Origin: Planctomycetota bacterium
GTDB taxonomy: Bacteria; Planctomycetota; UBA8108; SXIK01
Direction of reading: 5' to 3'
NCBI GenBank assembly: GCA_965223845.1
Contig: CBDCXR010000004.1
Location: 3,040,001 to 3,104,000 of the forward strand
DNA length: 64,000 nt
Numbering within the stretch: the first letter of the stretch is position 1; each line of letters begins with the position of its first letter. The notes under the pieces were generated by a model. It worked only from the letters and a program-made list of their open reading frames with translations. It searched no databases and had not been told where the DNA came from. A program made the translations under genes and the position numbers. Of this stretch, positions 29,716 through 39,454 are shown piece after piece.

Positions 29716-30521
29716 CTCTCGTCATCACTGGAGCGATCGGCTGGATCGTCACCGCGCTCGTGATGGTCCTTCTCTGGTTACGGCAGAAGCGAACGAAGAA
29801 CGCAGGGATCGTCGACGTGACGTGGGCGACCGGCGTCGGCGCTCTCGCCATCGCGTTCGCCGCCGTCGCCGATGGCGAGCCGATCCGCCGGTCTCTCGTC
29901 GGCCTGTGTGCGGGCGTTTGGTCCCTTCGGCTCGCGCTCCATTTGCTTCGGCGTATGACCGGACGCCCTGAAGACGGCCGTTATGCCGACCTTCGCACTC
30001 GTTGGGGAACCCGCACCGAGGTGTATTTCTTCGCCTTCTTCCAAATCCAGGCTCTCTGGGTGGTCCTCTTCGCGGTTCCGATGGCGGTCGCCGCGCGCAA
30101 CCCATCCGCCCTGGGGTGGACCGATCTAGCCGCAGTGCTCGTGTGGCTCGTCTCGATCGCGGGAGAGAGTATCGCCGACCTACAACTCGGACGCTTCGTG
30201 TCCCGGGAAGAGAACGCGGGGAAAGTGTGCCGGGCGGGACTTTGGCGCTATTCACGCCATCCGAACTACTTCTTCGAATGGCTCCACTGGTGGGCGTATG
30301 TCCTCTTCGCGATCGGGTCGAACGGAGTTTGGTTCACTGCAGCGGGAGCCCTCGTCATGCTCTACTTCCTCCTTCGAGTCACCGGGATTCCGCCGACCGA
30401 GGCCAGAGCCCTCTCGAGTCGAGGTGAAGCCTATCGTGAGTACCAACAGACGACGAGCGCGTTCGTCCCCTGGCCGCCGAAAGAGAGAGGATTCGCAAGT
30501 GGGAACGAAACTGATCATTGA
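29712..30521 (+). CDS. DUF1295 family membrane protein (steroid 5-alpha reductase-like)
   Basis: [36 protein letters not shown]; ATGA overlap. Confidence 0.9.
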   Translation: MTLVITGAIGWIVTALVMVLLWLRQKRTKNAGIVDVTWATGVGALAIAFAAVADGEPIRRSLVGLCAGVWSLRLALHLLRRMTGRPEDGRYADLRTRWGTRTEVYFFAFFQIQALWVVLFAVPMAVAARNPSALGWTDLAAVLVWLVSIAGESIADLQLGRFVSREENAGKVCRAGLWRYSRHPNYFFEWLHWWAYVLFAIGSNGVWFTAAGALVMLYFLLRVTGIPPTEARALSSRGEAYREYQQTTSAFVPWPPKERGFASGNETDH

Positions 30522-31584
30522 CTGCATCGAGCGGGGCTGGGTGCCCGATGCGCTGGTTCGAGCAGGAATTCGTCGACTGTGTCGAGAGCGACTCAAGCAG
30601 GAGCGAAGCTCCGCGTGCGAAGAACGACGCGACCGAGCACGACAATTCCTGTCCGAGATGGCGGCGGCGCCGATCGCCCCGTTGCCGCATGCGGCGAACG
30701 AGCAGCACTACGAGCTCCCGGCCGAGTTCTTCGGACTCGCACTCGGTAGCCATCGAAAGTACAGCTGTGCGTACTGGCCGAAGGGAGTGACCTCGCTCGA
30801 CGACGCAGAGGAGGCGGCGCTCCGAATCACTTGCGAGCGGGCGGAGCTCGCCGACGGGCAAGACATACTCGAGCTCGGCTGCGGCTGGGGATCGCTGACT
30901 CTGTGGATGGCCGAACGCTATCCACGCTCGCGGATCTTGGCGGTCTCCAACTCGAGCTCGCAGCGACGGTTCATCGAGGGTCTCGCACGCGCTCGAAGTC
31001 TGCCAAACGTCGAAGTCGTCACTTGCGACATCAACCGGTTCTCCACCGATCGCACCTTCGATCGCGTGGTGTCCGTAGAGATGTTCGAGCACCTCCGGAA
31101 CTACGAGCTGATCCTACGGCGTATTTCGCAGTGGCTGCGTCCGCAAGGCCGTTTGTTCATTCACGTCTTCTGCCATCGCGATTCCGCCTACACGTTCGAG
31201 ACGGATCGCGACGACGACTGGATGGGTCGTCACTTCTTCACCGGCGGAATCATGCCGAGCGACGACCTCCTCCTCCACTTCCAGGACGACATGCGAGTGG
31301 CAAATCACTGGCGCTGGAATGGAATCCACTACGCGAAGACCGCGAACGCCTGGCTGCACCGGTTCGACCGACACGAATCCGAGATTCGTGAGCAGCTCGT
31401 TCGCACCTACGGACCTACCGAGGCCGAACGCTGGCGCCACCGCTGGCGCATTTTCTTCATGGCCTGCGCCGAGCTGTTCGGATTCCGCAGCGGTGAAGAA
31501 TGGTGGGTCGCGCACTACCTCTTCGCCGCGCCTCGCGAGAGAGTTGCGACAGCGAATCCGAGTGCGCGAGTAGCGGTGAGCTGA
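30499..31584 (+). CDS. Cfa-like class I SAM-dependent methyltransferase
   Basis: [45 protein letters not shown]; GTG start at 30499. Confidence 0.88.
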   Translation: MGTKLIIDCIERGWVPDALVRAGIRRLCRERLKQERSSACEERRDRARQFLSEMAAAPIAPLPHAANEQHYELPAEFFGLALGSHRKYSCAYWPKGVTSLDDAEEAALRITCERAELADGQDILELGCGWGSLTLWMAERYPRSRILAVSNSSSQRRFIEGLARARSLPNVEVVTCDINRFSTDRTFDRVVSVEMFEHLRNYELILRRISQWLRPQGRLFIHVFCHRDSAYTFETDRDDDWMGRHFFTGGIMPSDDLLLHFQDDMRVANHWRWNGIHYAKTANAWLHRFDRHESEIREQLVRTYGPTEAERWRHRWRIFFMACAELFGFRSGEEWWVAHYLFAAPRERVATANPSARVAVS

Positions 31585-31694
31585 CCGGAGCCGGACGAAC
31601 CACGCCGAAGACGAATCTTCGCCGCTCACCGACGCAGCGACCGCAAGCGATCAGGCCTCTACGCGACTTCGGTTCCGGCGTTCGTTCTCGTTCT

Positions 31695-32783
31695 CTACGC
31701 GAGGCGTCCGGACGCTTCGATCGGCCAGACGTCCACCACTCGCCCGTCTTCGTGCACAAACATCTCGCGGTAAAGATTGCAGGTCGTGCAGGCGTGACTC
31801 GAGATGAGCTCGAGCGCGTCCCCCATTCGCCACTCGGGGGCATTCCGGACGACGAGGTGCTCCTCGGCGAGAAAAAACGGTACGTCCACGCCCGAGTGCC
31901 CGCGAATTCGCGGCGGACCGAACTCGCCGCCCGCGCCCTTGACGCCGACATCAAGTACGGCTTCGCCCGGACGCTTGCTGATCACGCGAGTGAGTACGGA
32001 GAGCGCGATGTCGAACTCGGGCGTGAGCTCGTGGTAGCGCCAGTCCATCGTCGGATACGTTCCGGCCTGAATCTCGTCGACGCCGTCGATCGCCCCGGTC
32101 GTAGCGTACGTCGAAGTCGATCCACCACTGATCACCGGGACCGGGATTCCGGCTGCTTCGATCTGTTTCCTCGTCTCCATCGCCAGTGCCATCGCCTCGC
32201 TCGTTCGCCGCGCGCGCTCCTCGGCGTCGGTCACGTAGACGAGATGTCCCTCGAACGCCTGAATCCCTTGGAACCGGACCCCCGGTCGCTCGGCGATGAT
32301 CCGAGCGAGCGTGAGTGCCGGCGCTCCCGGCGGCACACCGCAGCGCCCCATACCGATGTCGACCTCGACGAATAAGCCGACGGTGGCGCCCGCCGCGTCC
32401 GCCGCGTCGGACACGGCTTCCACTTGGTCGATGTGATCCACCGCGATCGCGACCTTGATCCGCCGGGCCAGTTGGGCGAGTCGTTCAAGCTTCCGCGCAC
32501 CGACGACTTGATTCGCGATGAGCACATCATCGAACCCGTGCTCGGCGAGCACCTCGGCCTCGCCGAGCTTAGCGCAGGTGAGCCCGACCGCGCTTCCCGC
32601 GTCGAGCTGCAGTCGCGCGAGCGTCGTGCACTTGTGGTTCTTGAAGTGCGGGCGGAGCTTCGCGGGCCGAGCGCTGAAGAACTCCGCCATCCGGTCGAGA
32701 TTGCGCCGCACTTTCTCCCCGTCGAGGAGAAGAGAAGGTGAGTCGAGATCTTCGATTCGGAGTCCGGTCCGCGAGTCGCTCAT
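31695..32783 (-). CDS. DSD1 / D-threonine aldolase family PLP enzyme (fold type III)
   Basis: RPHFKNHKC, CAKLGEAE, GMGRCG, SGGST, EEH, HACTT.NL. Confidence 0.88.
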   Translation of the reverse strand: MSDSRTGLRIEDLDSPSLLLDGEKVRRNLDRMAEFFSARPAKLRPHFKNHKCTTLARLQLDAGSAVGLTCAKLGEAEVLAEHGFDDVLIANQVVGARKLERLAQLARRIKVAIAVDHIDQVEAVSDAADAAGATVGLFVEVDIGMGRCGVPPGAPALTLARIIAERPGVRFQGIQAFEGHLVYVTDAEERARRTSEAMALAMETRKQIEAAGIPVPVISGGSTSTYATTGAIDGVDEIQAGTYPTMDWRYHELTPEFDIALSVLTRVISKRPGEAVLDVGVKGAGGEFGPPRIRGHSGVDVPFFLAEEHLVVRNAPEWRMGDALELISSHACTTCNLYREMFVHEDGRVVDVWPIEASGRLA

Positions 32784-32790
32784 CGCTGGT

Positions 32791-34278
32791 TCACTCGGGC
32801 CACGGTGACTTCTCGGTCGCGAGCCCGTAGAGAATCGCCTTCGAGCTCGTGTACTCGTGGACAACCTCGTCGAAGCCGAGCTCCGCGCCGATTCCGCTCA
32901 GCTTGTAGCCGAAGACGGGGACGTTCGGCCGCAGGTAGCCGCCGCCGTTCACGGCAATCCGTCCGGCGCGCAAGCGCCGCGCGATGCGGAGCGCGCGTCC
33001 CCCGTCGCGGGTCCAAATGTTCGCCATCAGGCCGAACTCGGTCTCGTTCGCGATGCGAACGGCCTCGTCCTCATCCGTAAACGTCATGACCGACAGGACC
33101 GGACCGAACACTTCCTCGCGCGCGATCGTCATCCCACTCGTCACCCGATCGAACACCGTCGGCCGGTAGAAGAATCCACGGTCAACGTCGGACCCACGGA
33201 GCCGCTCGCCACCGATGACGAGCCGCGCGCCGTCGCTCTTTGCCGTCTCCACGTAAGCTTCGACCGTCCGCAGATGCTCCGCTGTCGAGATCGATCCGAG
33301 GTGATTCTCGGTGTCGCACGGATCCCCCTGACGGAGCGTCTCCGCTTTGGCGACGATGCGATCGAGGACGTCGTCGTGTTCGTTCTCGTGAACGAGGAGT
33401 CGCGACCCCGCCACGCAAACCTGGCCGAGGTTGAAGAAGATGCCGGTGATGACGCCATTCACGACGTGGTCCACCGGTGCGTCGGGAAAGACGAGGCTCG
33501 GAGTCTTCCCCCCGAGCTCGAGCATCACTCCCTTCATTCCCTTCTTCGCGCCTTCGAGAATGCACTCTCCGGTCGTGTGGCGCCCCGTGAATGTGATCTT
33601 GTCGACTCCGGAATGGTCGACGAGCGCTTGGCCGGCTTCGCCGCCGAGTCCATGGACAACATTCAGGACTCCGGCGGGGAGCTCGACCTCATTCGCGATC
33701 TCAGCGAGCATGAGAGCCGAAAGCGGAGAGAGCTCGGACGGCTTCAGAACGACGCAGTTTCCGCAGGAGAGCACGGGTGCGACCTTGATTGCCGCATTCG
33801 TGAGCGGAAAGTTCCAGGGCACGATCGCGGCGACGACGCCCATCGGCTCGCGAAACTGCATCGTCACGTTGTCCGGAAGCTGGCCGTAACACTTTCCTCC
33901 GATTTTGTCGGAGAGACCGGCGTAGCTCTCGAAGAGATCGGCCGCGCAAGGCACGTCGAAGCCGCTCGTGTCGCGGATCGGCTTACCGACGTTGAGAGTG
34001 TCCGTGAGCGCGAGATCATCGAGTCGCTCGCGGATCTTCTCGGCGATGCGAAAGAGGAAGCGCCCGCGTTCGAGCGCGTCCATGCGGGGCCACGGCCCCT
34101 CGTCGAACGCGTGGCGAGCCGCGGCGACCGCTCGGTCGACGTCGGATGCGTCGGCGAGTGCAACATCCGCGAGATGTTCACCCGTCGCGGGATTCGTGAC
34201 CGGCGACGTTCGCTCACTTCGAGAGGCGATCCACTCGCCTCCGACGTACATTCTCGACGGCCAATTCAGATTCGTCAT
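32791..34278 (-). CDS. Aldehyde dehydrogenase
   Basis: PWNFP, KPSE, FTG, LELGGK, GQVC, EEVFGP. Confidence 0.95.
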   Translation of the reverse strand: MTNLNWPSRMYVGGEWIASRSERTSPVTNPATGEHLADVALADASDVDRAVAAARHAFDEGPWPRMDALERGRFLFRIAEKIRERLDDLALTDTLNVGKPIRDTSGFDVPCAADLFESYAGLSDKIGGKCYGQLPDNVTMQFREPMGVVAAIVPWNFPLTNAAIKVAPVLSCGNCVVLKPSELSPLSALMLAEIANEVELPAGVLNVVHGLGGEAGQALVDHSGVDKITFTGRHTTGECILEGAKKGMKGVMLELGGKTPSLVFPDAPVDHVVNGVITGIFFNLGQVCVAGSRLLVHENEHDDVLDRIVAKAETLRQGDPCDTENHLGSISTAEHLRTVEAYVETAKSDGARLVIGGERLRGSDVDRGFFYRPTVFDRVTSGMTIAREEVFGPVLSVMTFTDEDEAVRIANETEFGLMANIWTRDGGRALRIARRLRAGRIAVNGGGYLRPNVPVFGYKLSGIGAELGFDEVVHEYTSSKAILYGLATEKSPWPE

Positions 34279-34312
34279 CTCTCTCGAACTCCCCGCGCTC
34301 CCGCGGCGCCGA

Positions 34313-35812
34313 TCAGCGTGCTCCGGAATCCGGCCCGCCGAAGTGACCTGGACGTGCGTGACTAAAGATTATTCCGATCGCCCCACCTGAAACCAACGAC
34401 AGCGGCATCAACCACAGAAAGTTGATCTCGACGAGCTGCCACGAGACGGCGACCGCGACGAAGATGCTGACGGCGCAACCAAGCAGGGTACCGAACGCCG
34501 TCGCCCAAGGTACGAAAAGCGCCATGAAAAAGAGCACGAAGAGCGGCGCGACGAGTAGGTTCACAGTCTTGTGTACGCGCTGGAGAAGGTTCCCCTCCTG
34601 ATCGATCTCGCCGATCACGAGACTGAGGCCCACGATCACGAAGCCGATCCCCCAGGAGATTCGGCGAGCGAGGCGCACGCGATCCGTCTCCGATCGTTCG
34701 CGCGGCCGAAATCTCTGAAAAAAGTCGATCGCGACGACCGAGCTCGTCGAGTTGAGACCCGACGAGAGGCTCGACATCGCCGCCGCGAGCAGCGCCGCCA
34801 CCACGAGACCGGTCAGGCCGGCCGGCAGCCCGCTCACGATGAACGCGAGGAAGAGGCCGCTCGTACTCTCCGAGAGCGGCTTTCCGTCCGGGAGGAGCTC
34901 CGGCCGCGCGGCGAAGTATGCGAGGAGGCAAAGTCCGAGCACGCCGAGGCAGAGTCCGGTCGTGAGATCCGCCGTGAGCGAAGTGACGTAGGCGCGCCGC
35001 GCGGCTCGCGCGTCCTTTGTTGCGAGGTAGCGCTGGATCGCGACTTGATCCGATCCCGCCGTACACACGTGCCAGCAGAAGTACGCGAGCCCCGCGCCGA
35101 GGATCGTTCTCGCGCCGGGATCCTCGGCGTCGGGAAAGAACCGAAGCGGAGCCCAGTGCTCGGCCCAGCCCGATGGCCACCAACCGTCCACTCCGCCGCG
35201 ATCACCGTGGATGATCGCGATCGCCGCGACTGCGCCGCCGAAGAGAATCAGCGTTTGAATGACGTCGGTGTAGACGACCGCGCGAAGCCCACCGAGAGCC
35301 GTGTAGACGACAGTGAGAAGTCCGACGATCGCGCTCACCCAAACGGCGGCGCTCGGGCTGAGCCCCAAGATCGGGACGACGAGCTCCATCGCGAGGAGAT
35401 GGATGATGAACGCCATCCAGATGAGACGGAGCGCGAGGAAGAGAAACGATCCCGCGAATCGAACACTCGGCCCGAGCCTCCGATCGAGGAGCTCGTACGC
35501 CGTAGTGACCTCTTCGCGCATGAGACGCGGGATGAGAATCCATCCGACGACGAAGATGACGAGGGGATAGGCCGCCGACCCGGCGAGGACCATCGGTCCG
35601 CGGAGAATCATCTCCTCCGGGTAGGAGAGGTACGAGATCGCGCTCAAAAGACTCGCGAAGAGGCTGAGCCCGACGGCCCCCGAGCGCATGCGCCGGCCGC
35701 CGAGGAGATAATCATCCATACTCTTCGTCCGCCGCGCGAAGTACCAGCCGACGGCGAGCATGCCAAGAGCGTACGCGACGAGAACACTCGAGTCTAGCGC
35801 GCCGAGCTTCAT
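34313..35812 (-). CDS. Sodium:solute symporter family transporter
   Basis: Multiple TM helices; Y.LGGR, YT.LGGL.AV..TD..Q, DQ...QRYL, AAAMSSLSS. Confidence 0.9.
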   Translation of the reverse strand: MKLGALDSSVLVAYALGMLAVGWYFARRTKSMDDYLLGGRRMRSGAVGLSLFASLLSAISYLSYPEEMILRGPMVLAGSAAYPLVIFVVGWILIPRLMREEVTTAYELLDRRLGPSVRFAGSFLFLALRLIWMAFIIHLLAMELVVPILGLSPSAAVWVSAIVGLLTVVYTALGGLRAVVYTDVIQTLILFGGAVAAIAIIHGDRGGVDGWWPSGWAEHWAPLRFFPDAEDPGARTILGAGLAYFCWHVCTAGSDQVAIQRYLATKDARAARRAYVTSLTADLTTGLCLGVLGLCLLAYFAARPELLPDGKPLSESTSGLFLAFIVSGLPAGLTGLVVAALLAAAMSSLSSGLNSTSSVVAIDFFQRFRPRERSETDRVRLARRISWGIGFVIVGLSLVIGEIDQEGNLLQRVHKTVNLLVAPLFVLFFMALFVPWATAFGTLLGCAVSIFVAVAVSWQLVEINFLWLMPLSLVSGGAIGIIFSHARPGHFGGPDSGAR

Positions 35813-35948
35813 GAGTGAGTTCGTCCTCAGGGCTTCGTTCGCATCGCACGCGGCGACGAAAGACGCAGCGTATGCGGTCACCCCAGCTAACTCAAGGCGA
35901 CGATGGACATCCCTCGAGAGGACGGCGAGAATCCGGTCGGGAGGATCG

Positions 35949-38321
35949 ATGGCCGATACGAAAACCGAGTGCGGAGCATCGTGGTTCGCACCGTCGAATC
36001 TCGAAGCGTGTGACGCCGATCGCGTGCTGTTCGATCGCGAGCTCCGCGCGTTCGTTCCCCCGGACGCGTTCGACGCACACGCACACCTCTATCGCGCCGA
36101 GGACCTCGATGGAGTCCGTTGGCCAACGCTCGAAGGGCCCGTCGGCCTCGAAGCGTACCGGCGACTCATCGCGTCCTGGATGGGCGATCGCGCGGCGCGA
36201 GACGGTCTCTTCTTCGGCATGCCCGAAAGAAACGTCGACACATCGCCGGCGAACGACTTCGAGCTCGCGGAAGTGCGCGCGTCAGCAGGCTCGCGTGTTC
36301 TTCTCCTCGCGCGTCCGAGCGACGCGCCGTCGACATTGGAAGAGCTCGTCCGCACCTCCGGAGGTGTCGTCGCCGGCTTCAAGGTTTACCACGTCTACGC
36401 GTCACGCGATCGGACGATGGACGCGCGCGTCGAGGAATTCCTTCCCGAATGGATGGGGGAGATCGCGAATCGTCACGAGCTCGCGATCATGCTCCATCTC
36501 GTTCGCGATCGCGCGCTCGCCGATCCCGTAAACCAAAGTTCGATCCGCGAATTCTGCATCCGCTTTCCGCACGCGAAGCTGATCCTCGCGCACGCGGCTC
36601 GCGGCTTCTGCGCGGCACACACTCAGGAAGGGATCGCATCGCTCCGCGGTCTCGAGAACGTTTTCTTCGATACTTCCGCGATCTGCGAACCTCTGGCGCT
36701 TCAGGCGATCCTCGAGACGTTCGGTACGCGCCGCTTGTTCTACGGAAGCGATTTTCCCGTGAGCAATCTCCGCGGTCGCGCGGTGTCTCTCGGCGACAGG
36801 TTCTTCTGGCTCTACGCACACAACGTCGACTGGGGCGGTGACGACAATCACGTCGGTGGGAAGCCGACACTCGTCGGGATCGAGTCTCTGCTCGCGCTCC
36901 GGCAAGCGTGCCGCGCACTTCATCTTCGAGACGCCGACGTCGAGCGCATTTTCCGTACAAACGCGCTACGCGAGCTCGGACTCTCGCTTCCAACGGGAAC
37001 GTTCGGCGAGAAGCTCTACGCCCACGCGAAACGGATCATCCCGGGAGGAACTCAGCTCCTCAGCAAACGCCCCGAAATGCACGCGCCGGAGCGATGGCCG
37101 CCCTACTTCGCCGAGGCGCGCGGGATCGAGGTCGTCGATACGGACGGCCGAGCGTTTCTCGACTTTTCTCTCATGGGCGTCGGCTCGTGCCTTCTCGGCT
37201 ACGCCGATCCCGACGTCAACGCCGCCGTCGCAAGAAGAGTGACGCTCGGGTCGATGGCGATGCTGAATCCGGCCGACGAGGTCGAGCTCGCCGACGCTCT
37301 TCTCGAGCTGCATCCTTGGGCGGGCGGAGTGCGTTACGCGCGGAGCGGAGGAGAGGCGCTCACCATCGCAGTCCGCATCGCGCGCGCGAGCACGGGCCGC
37401 GACGCGATCGCGTTCTGCGGGTACCACGGCTGGCACGATTGGTATATCGCTTCGAACATCGCGACTGCGGGAGCGAACGATGCGGATCGCCTCGCGGGTC
37501 ACCTCCTCCCGGGACTCGAGCCCGCCGGAGTTCCGACATCGCTCGCCGGATCGGCTACCCCGTTTTCGTACAATCGACTCGACGAGCTGGAAACGATCGT
37601 CACCCGTCGCCGCGACGAGCTCGCCGCCATCGTGATGGAGCCGACGCGAAACGAGCCTCCCGAGCCCGGCTTTCTCGAAGGAGTCCGCGCGCTGGCGGAC
37701 GAGATCGGCGCGCTTCTCATCGTCGACGAGGTCTCCGCGGGTTGGCGCCTCCACCTCGGGGGCGCGCACCTTCGCTACGGACTCTCACCCGATATGGCCG
37801 TGTTCTCGAAGGCTCTCGGGAACGGCTATCCGATCGCTGCGATCGTCGGTACGGCCCGGGCGATGGCCGCGGCGGAACGTACGTTCATCTCGAGCACGCT
37901 CTGGACCGAAGGGATCGGCCCCGCAGCGGCGCTCGCGACGATCGCGAAACTGCGCCGCTTCGACGTTCCGGCGCACGTCGATGCCGTCGGAGTTCGCTAC
38001 CGCGAAGGGATAGACCGACTCGCCGAGCGGTTCGGGGTGCCTATTCGCGTCTGCGGTCACCCGGCGCTGACGACGATCGCGTTCGAACATGAGCGAAGCG
38101 CCGCGCTGCAAACGCTTCTCACCGTCCGCATGCTAGACCGAGGCTACCTCTCGGGCGCCGGCTTCTATCCCAGCCTCGCTCACGAGCCGCGTCACGTCGA
38201 CGCCTACCTCGCCGCCGCGGACAGCGTATTCGAGGAGCTCGGCGACGCCATCCGTGCGGACGACGTCGAACGGCGCCTCGATTCACCGCCCAAGCACACT
38301 GGTTTTCGCCGACTCGCCTGA
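35949..38321 (+). CDS. Amidohydrolase_2 domain fused to class III (GSA-aminomutase-like) aminotransferase
   Basis: DAHAH, KVYH, LAH, DTS, YGSDFP; then IPGG.QLLSKRPE, GYHGWHDW, DEV..G.R, FSKALGNG. Confidence 0.85.
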   Translation: MADTKTECGASWFAPSNLEACDADRVLFDRELRAFVPPDAFDAHAHLYRAEDLDGVRWPTLEGPVGLEAYRRLIASWMGDRAARDGLFFGMPERNVDTSPANDFELAEVRASAGSRVLLLARPSDAPSTLEELVRTSGGVVAGFKVYHVYASRDRTMDARVEEFLPEWMGEIANRHELAIMLHLVRDRALADPVNQSSIREFCIRFPHAKLILAHAARGFCAAHTQEGIASLRGLENVFFDTSAICEPLALQAILETFGTRRLFYGSDFPVSNLRGRAVSLGDRFFWLYAHNVDWGGDDNHVGGKPTLVGIESLLALRQACRALHLRDADVERIFRTNALRELGLSLPTGTFGEKLYAHAKRIIPGGTQLLSKRPEMHAPERWPPYFAEARGIEVVDTDGRAFLDFSLMGVGSCLLGYADPDVNAAVARRVTLGSMAMLNPADEVELADALLELHPWAGGVRYARSGGEALTIAVRIARASTGRDAIAFCGYHGWHDWYIASNIATAGANDADRLAGHLLPGLEPAGVPTSLAGSATPFSYNRLDELETIVTRRRDELAAIVMEPTRNEPPEPGFLEGVRALADEIGALLIVDEVSAGWRLHLGGAHLRYGLSPDMAVFSKALGNGYPIAAIVGTARAMAAAERTFISSTLWTEGIGPAAALATIAKLRRFDVPAHVDAVGVRYREGIDRLAERFGVPIRVCGHPALTTIAFEHERSAALQTLLTVRMLDRGYLSGAGFYPSLAHEPRHVDAYLAAADSVFEELGDAIRADDVERRLDSPPKHTGFRRLA

Positions 38322-38328
38322 TCATTCG

Positions 38329-39135
38329 ATGACCGACCCGCAAACCGAACCGAGCGTCCAGAAACTCTTCGATCTCTCCGGTCGCGTCGCTCTCGTCACC
38401 GGCGCGTCGGGACACCTCGGCGGCGCGCTAGCGCGCGGGCTCGCAGAAGGCGGCGCGACCGTGATCGCCTCGAGTCGTGAATGCGATCGCGCCCGAGCCG
38501 TCGCGAACTCCCTGTCGAGTCCGACGGGCGCCGCACACGCCGCGATCGAGCTCGATCACATGGATGAAGCGTCCGTCGAGAGTGGATTTGCCGCCGCGCT
38601 CGAGGCGGCGGGACGCGTCGATATCCTTGTCGCCAACGGCCACGAACATGTGAAAAACGACTGGACCGATGTCTCCGGCGACGAATTCACCCGGCAGCTC
38701 GCCAACGCTACGGGGTACTTCCTTCTCGCCCGTCGAGTCCGCGACCACGCCGCCCGGCGCGGCGGAGGAGCGAGCGTCGTCTTCATCGGCTCGATGTACG
38801 GGCAGGTCGCGTCGTACCCGGACGCCTACGCGGACATCTGCGCCGCGAGTCCCGTTGCCTACCACACCCTGAAGGGCGGCATCCTTCAGATGACGCGCCA
38901 CCTCGCGGTCTATTGGGCGCGCGACGGCGTACGCGTCAATTGTCTCAGCCCCGGACCGTTTCCAGCGGACGACGTCTCGGCCGAGCTGAAGGATCGTCTC
39001 GCGACCCGCAGTCCACTCGGCCGGATGGGGAGCCCGGAAGAGCTGAAGGGAGCCCTCGTATTTCTCGCGAGCGACGCGAGCAGTTATGTCACCGGACAGA
39101 ATCTGGTCGTCGATGGCGGGTGGACCGCGTGGTGA
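38329..39135 (+). CDS. SDR family oxidoreductase
   Basis: TGASGHLG, GSMYG, YHTLK, VRVN...PG, TGQNL.VDGG. Confidence 0.92.
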   Translation: MTDPQTEPSVQKLFDLSGRVALVTGASGHLGGALARGLAEGGATVIASSRECDRARAVANSLSSPTGAAHAAIELDHMDEASVESGFAAALEAAGRVDILVANGHEHVKNDWTDVSGDEFTRQLANATGYFLLARRVRDHAARRGGGASVVFIGSMYGQVASYPDAYADICAASPVAYHTLKGGILQMTRHLAVYWARDGVRVNCLSPGPFPADDVSAELKDRLATRSPLGRMGSPEELKGALVFLASDASSYVTGQNLVVDGGWTAW

Positions 39136-39234
39136 CCGCGACGAATTCCACGGCCGGAGTGCGTACGCTGTTCGGATCGGCGAGCGAGAAACAGAATCCG
39201 AATCGCGATCGATCGCAGCACGATTCGCACTGGG

Positions 39235-39309
39235 CTAGTCCGGGCTTCTCACCCGACTCCACTGCGGAGCCGCTTCGCTCACCGAATCTGGAGAGAAATC
39301 TGGGCTCAG
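39235..39309. mobile_element. Diverged, shorter copy of the CTAG-ended MITE-like element, in opposite orientation to 1386-1483
   Basis: CTAGTCCGGGCTTCTCACCCGACTC ... TCGCTCACCGAATCTGGAGAGAAATCTGGGCTCAG matches the reverse complement of the 1386-1483 element. Confidence 0.6.
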
Positions 39310-39454
39310 CGCGCCGAAGCGACCGTTTTCGGGTACGATGATCCGCGGATCGGTTTGAGAACGAGCGGGGCGTCCATCGCGCCCGCTTTCACGAGGGTCG
39401 AGACGGCGCACTCGCGGCGACGAGTCGCGCCCGACACAGAATCGGGGTACGGAT

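Noticed and set aside
32857-34365. Long antisense and alternate-frame ORFs (e.g. 32857-34365 +, 11575-12858 -, 57197-59026 +, 22609-23844 -)
   Set aside because: Shadow ORFs of high-GC coding DNA: Arg/Ser-rich or motif-less, and overlapping well-supported genes
36990-38321. hemL (tetrapyrrole biosynthesis)
   Set aside because: Fused to an amidohydrolase, in a catabolic context with no hem genes
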